A DNA stretch of 55,679 bases. Origin: Verrucomicrobiota bacterium. GTDB taxonomy: Bacteria > Verrucomicrobiota > Verrucomicrobiia > Limisphaerales > CANJXF01. Under the pieces are notes generated by a model that saw nothing but the letters and a program-made list of their open reading frames with translations, made no database searches and was not told where the DNA came from. This document shows, in pieces, positions 52,084 through 55,679 of the stretch. The stretch spans positions 1-55,679 of the forward strand of contig JBDSYB010000172.1 in NCBI GenBank assembly GCA_039925885.1. Direction: 5' to 3'. The translations under genes were made by a program, and so were the position numbers. The first letter of the stretch is position 1. Each line of letters starts with the position of its first letter.

Positions 52084-53193
52084 ATGGAAAAAATTAATTT
52101 TATTGGGATGGCGCTCGTCGCCTTGCTGGTGGGAGGTTGCAAAAAGGCCGACGAAACCTCGCCCGTGGAAACAATGAAAGTTCGAGTCGGTTACATCGGT
52201 CTAACCTGTGAAGCGCCTATTTTCACCGCTGTTGAAAAAGGTTTTTTCAAAGAAGAAGGACTCGATGTTTCACTCGTGAAATGCGAGTGGGCCAATTATA
52301 AAGATGTGCTCGCGCTCGGCGGATATGATGTGACGCATCATTTGATCATGTATTTTCTGAAGCCGATTGAACAGGGTCTTGATGTGAAGTTTACCGGCGG
52401 AATTCATCGCGGTTGCTTGCGCGTTCAGGCGGGCTTAAAAGGTAATATTCATTCCGTAAAAGATTTGCGCGGCAAACGCATCGGTGTGCCGGGAATGGGA
52501 ACGCCGCCATTTATTTTCGCGAATCGCGTCTTGGGCGCGAACGGCGTAAATCCAAAAACAGAAATCACATGGCTGGTCTTTCCGGCGGGCGAATTGGGTT
52601 TGGCGCTCGACAAAGGAGAAGTTGATGCCGTCGCGGACTCGGAACCGATTGGCAGCATGCTTCTCGCCAATGGCAAAGTTCGCAACATCGCCGACCAGGC
52701 GGCGGACGCGCCTTACAGCACGGAATATTGTTGCGCGGTGATTGTGAACGGAAAATTTCTCGCGAAAAAACCGAAGGCCAGCGCTGCGGCGACTCGTGCT
52801 TTGTTGAAGGCGGCGAAATGGGTTGAAACCAATCCGGCGGCGGCAGCGAAACTTTCCGTGGAAAAAAAATATCTCGCTTCAACTGTGGAACAAAATGCCG
52901 TTTCGATTTCAAAACTTCGCTATGTGCCGAGCGTTTCTGGAGCCGAGGATGCCGTCAAACAAGCTTCGGCTGAAATGAAAAAAGCCGGGATGCTGAGTCC
53001 AACCACCGATGTGAATGATTTGGCGAAACGCGCCTTTGCTCATCTCGACGGTGTTTCGGACGAATGGCTTAACTCACTTCAAGTGGAAAAACTCGCGGAT
53101 GGTCGTGTGCCGAAAAGTTGGGTGCTTCGTGAATACGCGAAATTAAATCCAGATGATCTTTGCGGACCTTGTGGATTGCCAATCGTTCAATGA
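52084..53193 (+). CDS. ABC transporter substrate-binding lipoprotein (NMT1/SsuA/TauA-like)
   Basis: 369 aa. The lipobox is LLVGGCKK. VRVGYIGLTCEAPIF and KDLRGKRIGVPGMGT are typical of nitrate/sulfonate/taurine-type binding proteins. Confidence 0.8.
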   Translation: MEKINFIGMALVALLVGGCKKADETSPVETMKVRVGYIGLTCEAPIFTAVEKGFFKEEGLDVSLVKCEWANYKDVLALGGYDVTHHLIMYFLKPIEQGLDVKFTGGIHRGCLRVQAGLKGNIHSVKDLRGKRIGVPGMGTPPFIFANRVLGANGVNPKTEITWLVFPAGELGLALDKGEVDAVADSEPIGSMLLANGKVRNIADQAADAPYSTEYCCAVIVNGKFLAKKPKASAAATRALLKAAKWVETNPAAAAKLSVEKKYLASTVEQNAVSISKLRYVPSVSGAEDAVKQASAEMKKAGMLSPTTDVNDLAKRAFAHLDGVSDEWLNSLQVEKLADGRVPKSWVLREYAKLNPDDLCGPCGLPIVQ

Positions 53194-54221
53194 ACGCTTC
53201 TTTTGAAGAAATCAAAAAGACGCCGCCGGATTTAATTACGGACAAGCGAACCCGGAAAATCAGCGCGCAGATTTCGCGATGGTCAGCACGAATTATTTTG
53301 TTAATTCCGCTGGCGACATTGATCGCGTTCGCCGTTCACCTTTGGGCATCAAGGAACGAACCGCCTGCCGATTCGCATTCGTATTTTATTTTTCTCGGCG
53401 GCGTTTTTGGACTCGCGATTTTGGCGGCGACGCTCCAGCTCTTTTCCTCACCTCTGCGACGATGGTTGCAACACATGTGCCCCATCATCGCCGCCGCAGT
53501 TTTACTCCTGGCAATTTGGGAAACAATTACATCTGGTGTGCGATGGTTGCCGCTGCCTTATTTTCCAAGTCCATCGGGCGTGTTGCAAAGCCTTATAAAT
53601 GATCGCGCACTTTTGTTCGACAGCACATGGCACTCACTGTTGCTTTTGATTTCTGGATACGCACTCGGAGTGGCGGTCGCATTGGTGACCGGGGTTTGCA
53701 TCGGGTGGTTTGCGACGGCGCGTTATTGGGGGATGCCAGTTTTAAAAATTGTGGGGCCGATCCCGGCGACGGCGTGGATTCCTCTCGCGATGGTCGTATC
53801 TCCATCGGCAATGTTTTCCGCCGTGGGATTAATTGCGCTCGCGGTTTGGTTTCCGGTCACGATGTTGACGGCTTCGGGAATTTCCAACACGCGCGAATCG
53901 TATCTTGATGTCGCTCGCACTTTGGGCGCGAGTCGATCCTATTTAATTTTCCGCGTCGCGATTCCCGCGGCGATGCCCAATATTTTTATCGGACTATTTA
54001 TGGGATTGGGTGCGTCGTTTTTAACGCTCGTTGTCGCGGAAACGGTCGGAGTGAAATCCGGACTCGGTTGGTATGTGAGTTGGGCGCAAGGCTGGGCTGA
54101 GTATGGAAAAGTTTATGCCGCGCTCGTTATCATGGCCGCATTTTTTTCCACGATCATGACGGTGCTTTTTAAAGTCCGCGACCGCGTGCTCGTCTGGCAA
54201 AAAGGAGTGATCAAATGGTAA
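53190..54221 (+). CDS. ABC transporter permease (SsuC/TauC-like)
   Basis: The ATG at 53190 makes an ATGA overlap with the upstream stop. There are multiple TM spans. The EAA-like region is DVARTLGASRSYLIFRVAIPAAMP. Confidence 0.85.
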   Translation: MNASFEEIKKTPPDLITDKRTRKISAQISRWSARIILLIPLATLIAFAVHLWASRNEPPADSHSYFIFLGGVFGLAILAATLQLFSSPLRRWLQHMCPIIAAAVLLLAIWETITSGVRWLPLPYFPSPSGVLQSLINDRALLFDSTWHSLLLLISGYALGVAVALVTGVCIGWFATARYWGMPVLKIVGPIPATAWIPLAMVVSPSAMFSAVGLIALAVWFPVTMLTASGISNTRESYLDVARTLGASRSYLIFRVAIPAAMPNIFIGLFMGLGASFLTLVVAETVGVKSGLGWYVSWAQGWAEYGKVYAALVIMAAFFSTIMTVLFKVRDRVLVWQKGVIKW

Positions 54222-55015
54222 CTGCCGCTACTCGCACCATGACCGAAGGGTCCACTGTTCGCGTCACAAACGTCAGTAAAAGTTTTCCTGCACCGAATAT
54301 TTCTGAGGCTGATGTTCTCGCGCTGAATGCAGTTTCTCTTTCGGTCGCCGCAGGGGAATTAATCTCACTCATCGGTCCGAGCGGTTGCGGAAAATCCACG
54401 TTGCTCCGTTTGATTGCCGGACTCGATTCTCCCAACTCCGGCGAATTGTCCGTCGGCACGCAAAACATTTCTGCGCCCAGCGCGGAACGCGGTTTGGTTT
54501 TTCAAGATCCGAATCTTTTTCCGTGGCTGACGGTTCGCCGCAACATCGAAGCCGGTCTCGTCGCGGGCGGCGTTCTTCACAAAAAGCGAAATGAAGTCGA
54601 AGCATTTATGAGGCTCGTCGGCCTTGAAACTTTTGCCAACGCTTATCCGCATCATCTTTCCGGCGGCATGGCGCAACGGGTCGCCCTCGCCCGCGCGCTC
54701 ATCAATCATCCCAAAGTTTTGCTCCTCGACGAACCGCTAGGCGCTCTCGACGCCTTCACGCGGATGCGGATGCAGGACGAAGTTCTCCGACTCTGGCAAG
54801 CGCGCAGCACCACCATGCTTCTCGTCACGCATGACATTGATGAAGCTATTTACATGAGCGACCGCATCGTCATTATGACGCCGAGGCCCGGTCGAATCGA
54901 ACGCATCATCGACGTCGCGCTTGAACGTCCACGCCAGCGCAACGGTCCGGAATTTTTAAAATTGCGCGGGGATATTTTGGAATTTCTCCATTTCGCTGGA
55001 AAATCCCTTGCCTAA
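54215..55015 (+). CDS. ABC transporter ATP-binding protein (SsuB/TauB-like)
   Basis: Walker A is GPSGCGKSTLL, the signature is LSGGMAQRVALARAL, and Walker B is LLLDEPLGALD. It overlaps the permease by 7 nt. Confidence 0.9.
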   Translation: MVTAATRTMTEGSTVRVTNVSKSFPAPNISEADVLALNAVSLSVAAGELISLIGPSGCGKSTLLRLIAGLDSPNSGELSVGTQNISAPSAERGLVFQDPNLFPWLTVRRNIEAGLVAGGVLHKKRNEVEAFMRLVGLETFANAYPHHLSGGMAQRVALARALINHPKVLLLDEPLGALDAFTRMRMQDEVLRLWQARSTTMLLVTHDIDEAIYMSDRIVIMTPRPGRIERIIDVALERPRQRNGPEFLKLRGDILEFLHFAGKSLA

Positions 55016-55287
55016 AACTTTTTCACTAACCACACACGATTGCGCAAAATCCAGCATCCAACGCCCGCGCCAAAACAATTTCATTCACGCGCGGGGAAAA
55101 GTTCAGAATAAAATTCCGCCCTTTTACCAATGCGGCGAAACTCGAAACGAAAAATGGCATCAGAAATAATCGGATGATTTGCCAGCGTTCCAATTTGTTT
55201 CCGCGCGTCGTGGAACAGATCCAGAGCGCGATGCCGATGGTTAAAGCACGTTTAGCCACAGATGCCACAGATTACACGGATTTAAAA

Positions 55288-55349
55288 AGACAGAATTAAA
55301 GATTGGTCCAAGTCGCAAACAATTCTGTATAATTCAGTTAATTCTGTCT
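55288..55349. repeat. 12-bp perfect inverted repeat with a 38-nt spacer in an intergenic region
   Basis: The arms are agacagaattaa (55288-55299) and ttaattctgtct (55338-55349). The element is preceded by the tandem 9-mer gccacagat x2 (55255-55272). Confidence 0.6.
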
Positions 55350-55432
55350 TCTTCTCTGTCCGTGTTCACCTGTGGTTAAAGTTTTTTACTCTCGCGACAT
55401 CTCGTCGATTAGTATTTTCTGGAGCGCGCATT

Positions 55433-55679
55433 ATGGCTTATCAAGAACAACAACTGACCGACATCTCGAAGCAGTTTCAAATCTACGGCGAGATTCTCCA
55501 CGCCGAAACCTGCAAGATCGGTCACATCAACGAAACCTATTCTGCCACTTACGATCAGGGTGGAACTAAAGTTCGTTACATTCATCAAAAGATAAACAAA
55601 TCCGTGTTCAAGGATGCGCGCGGCTTGATGGAAAATGTCATGCGCGTCACCTCGCACATTCGCAAAAAACTCGAGAAAG
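55433..55679 (+). CDS. Phosphotransferase (APH/NahK-like kinase fold) protein, N-terminal fragment running off the window
   Basis: The ATG at 55433 gives MAYQEQQLTDISKQFQIYGEILHAETCKIGHINETYSATYDQGGTKVRYIHQKIN. The G-H-I-N-x-T-Y block is typical of this kinase family. Confidence 0.5.
   Translation, partial: MAYQEQQLTDISKQFQIYGEILHAETCKIGHINETYSATYDQGGTKVRYIHQKINKSVFKDARGLMENVMRVTSHIRKKLEK

Noticed and set aside
55026-55268. An 80-aa minus-strand ORF after the ABC ATPase gene. It is hydrophobic and might be a small membrane protein.
   Set aside because: Its GTG start lies inside a tandem repeat. There is no motif or partner gene, and it is convergent with the ABC operon. The evidence is insufficient to call it a gene.
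1-55679. A search for tRNA, rRNA, tmRNA, RNase P and SRP RNA signatures in all intergenic gaps.
   Set aside because: I found no T-loop-like GGTTCGAATCC motifs, no GAGGAAAGTCC (RNase P) and no rRNA-like stretches. This was a visual scan only, so a covariance-model scan could still find small RNAs.

Overview
This 55.7-kb window looks like a chromosomal segment from a PVC-superphylum bacterium, most likely Verrucomicrobiota. That assignment is an inference from gene families only: PSCyt/DUF1549/DUF1553 plus DUF1501, Tat-signal glycosidase-like genes, many 'AFTLIE' prepilin-like proteins and dense REP-like hairpins. No search was run. Gene order from the left edge: partial 5-formyl-THF cyclo-ligase, a RelE-type TA pair, a hypothetical gene, and rarA. 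Next come a PSD1/DUF1553 gene, three glycan-hydrolase-like genes, DUF1501, and a second convergent DUF1501. Then aroE, an atypically long prepilin peptidase, an SDR, and a histidine kinase plus OmpR-type regulator. A secreted TPR-ankyrin protein follows, bracketed by two 168-nt structured repeats, then phd/vapC, a beta-lactamase-fold hydrolase and an FMN reductase. The headline is a roughly 21-kb type IV filament locus (28.2-49.6 kb). It runs pilB-like, pilT, a second pilB-like, pilC, a terminator, then brnT/brnA abutting five prepilin-type genes in GspG-G-H-I-J-like order. These are followed by a 1274-aa GspK-like protein and a 2130-aa membrane-anchored kexin-like S8 protease. No secretin or alignment/assembly-platform genes are visible in the window. 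After it lies a roughly 2.4-kb decay zone holding GreA-like, ParE-like and PIN pseudogenes and an intact RAYT-type IS200-like transposase flanked by two REPIN doublets. The window ends with an NMT1/SsuA-type ABC transporter and a partial kinase-fold gene. I found no rRNA, tRNA or CRISPR. Several families of palindromic REP-like elements are scattered through it, including copies inside open reading frames. All coordinates and similarity statements come from reading the sequence by eye. Family assignments rest on recognised motifs, not on searches.
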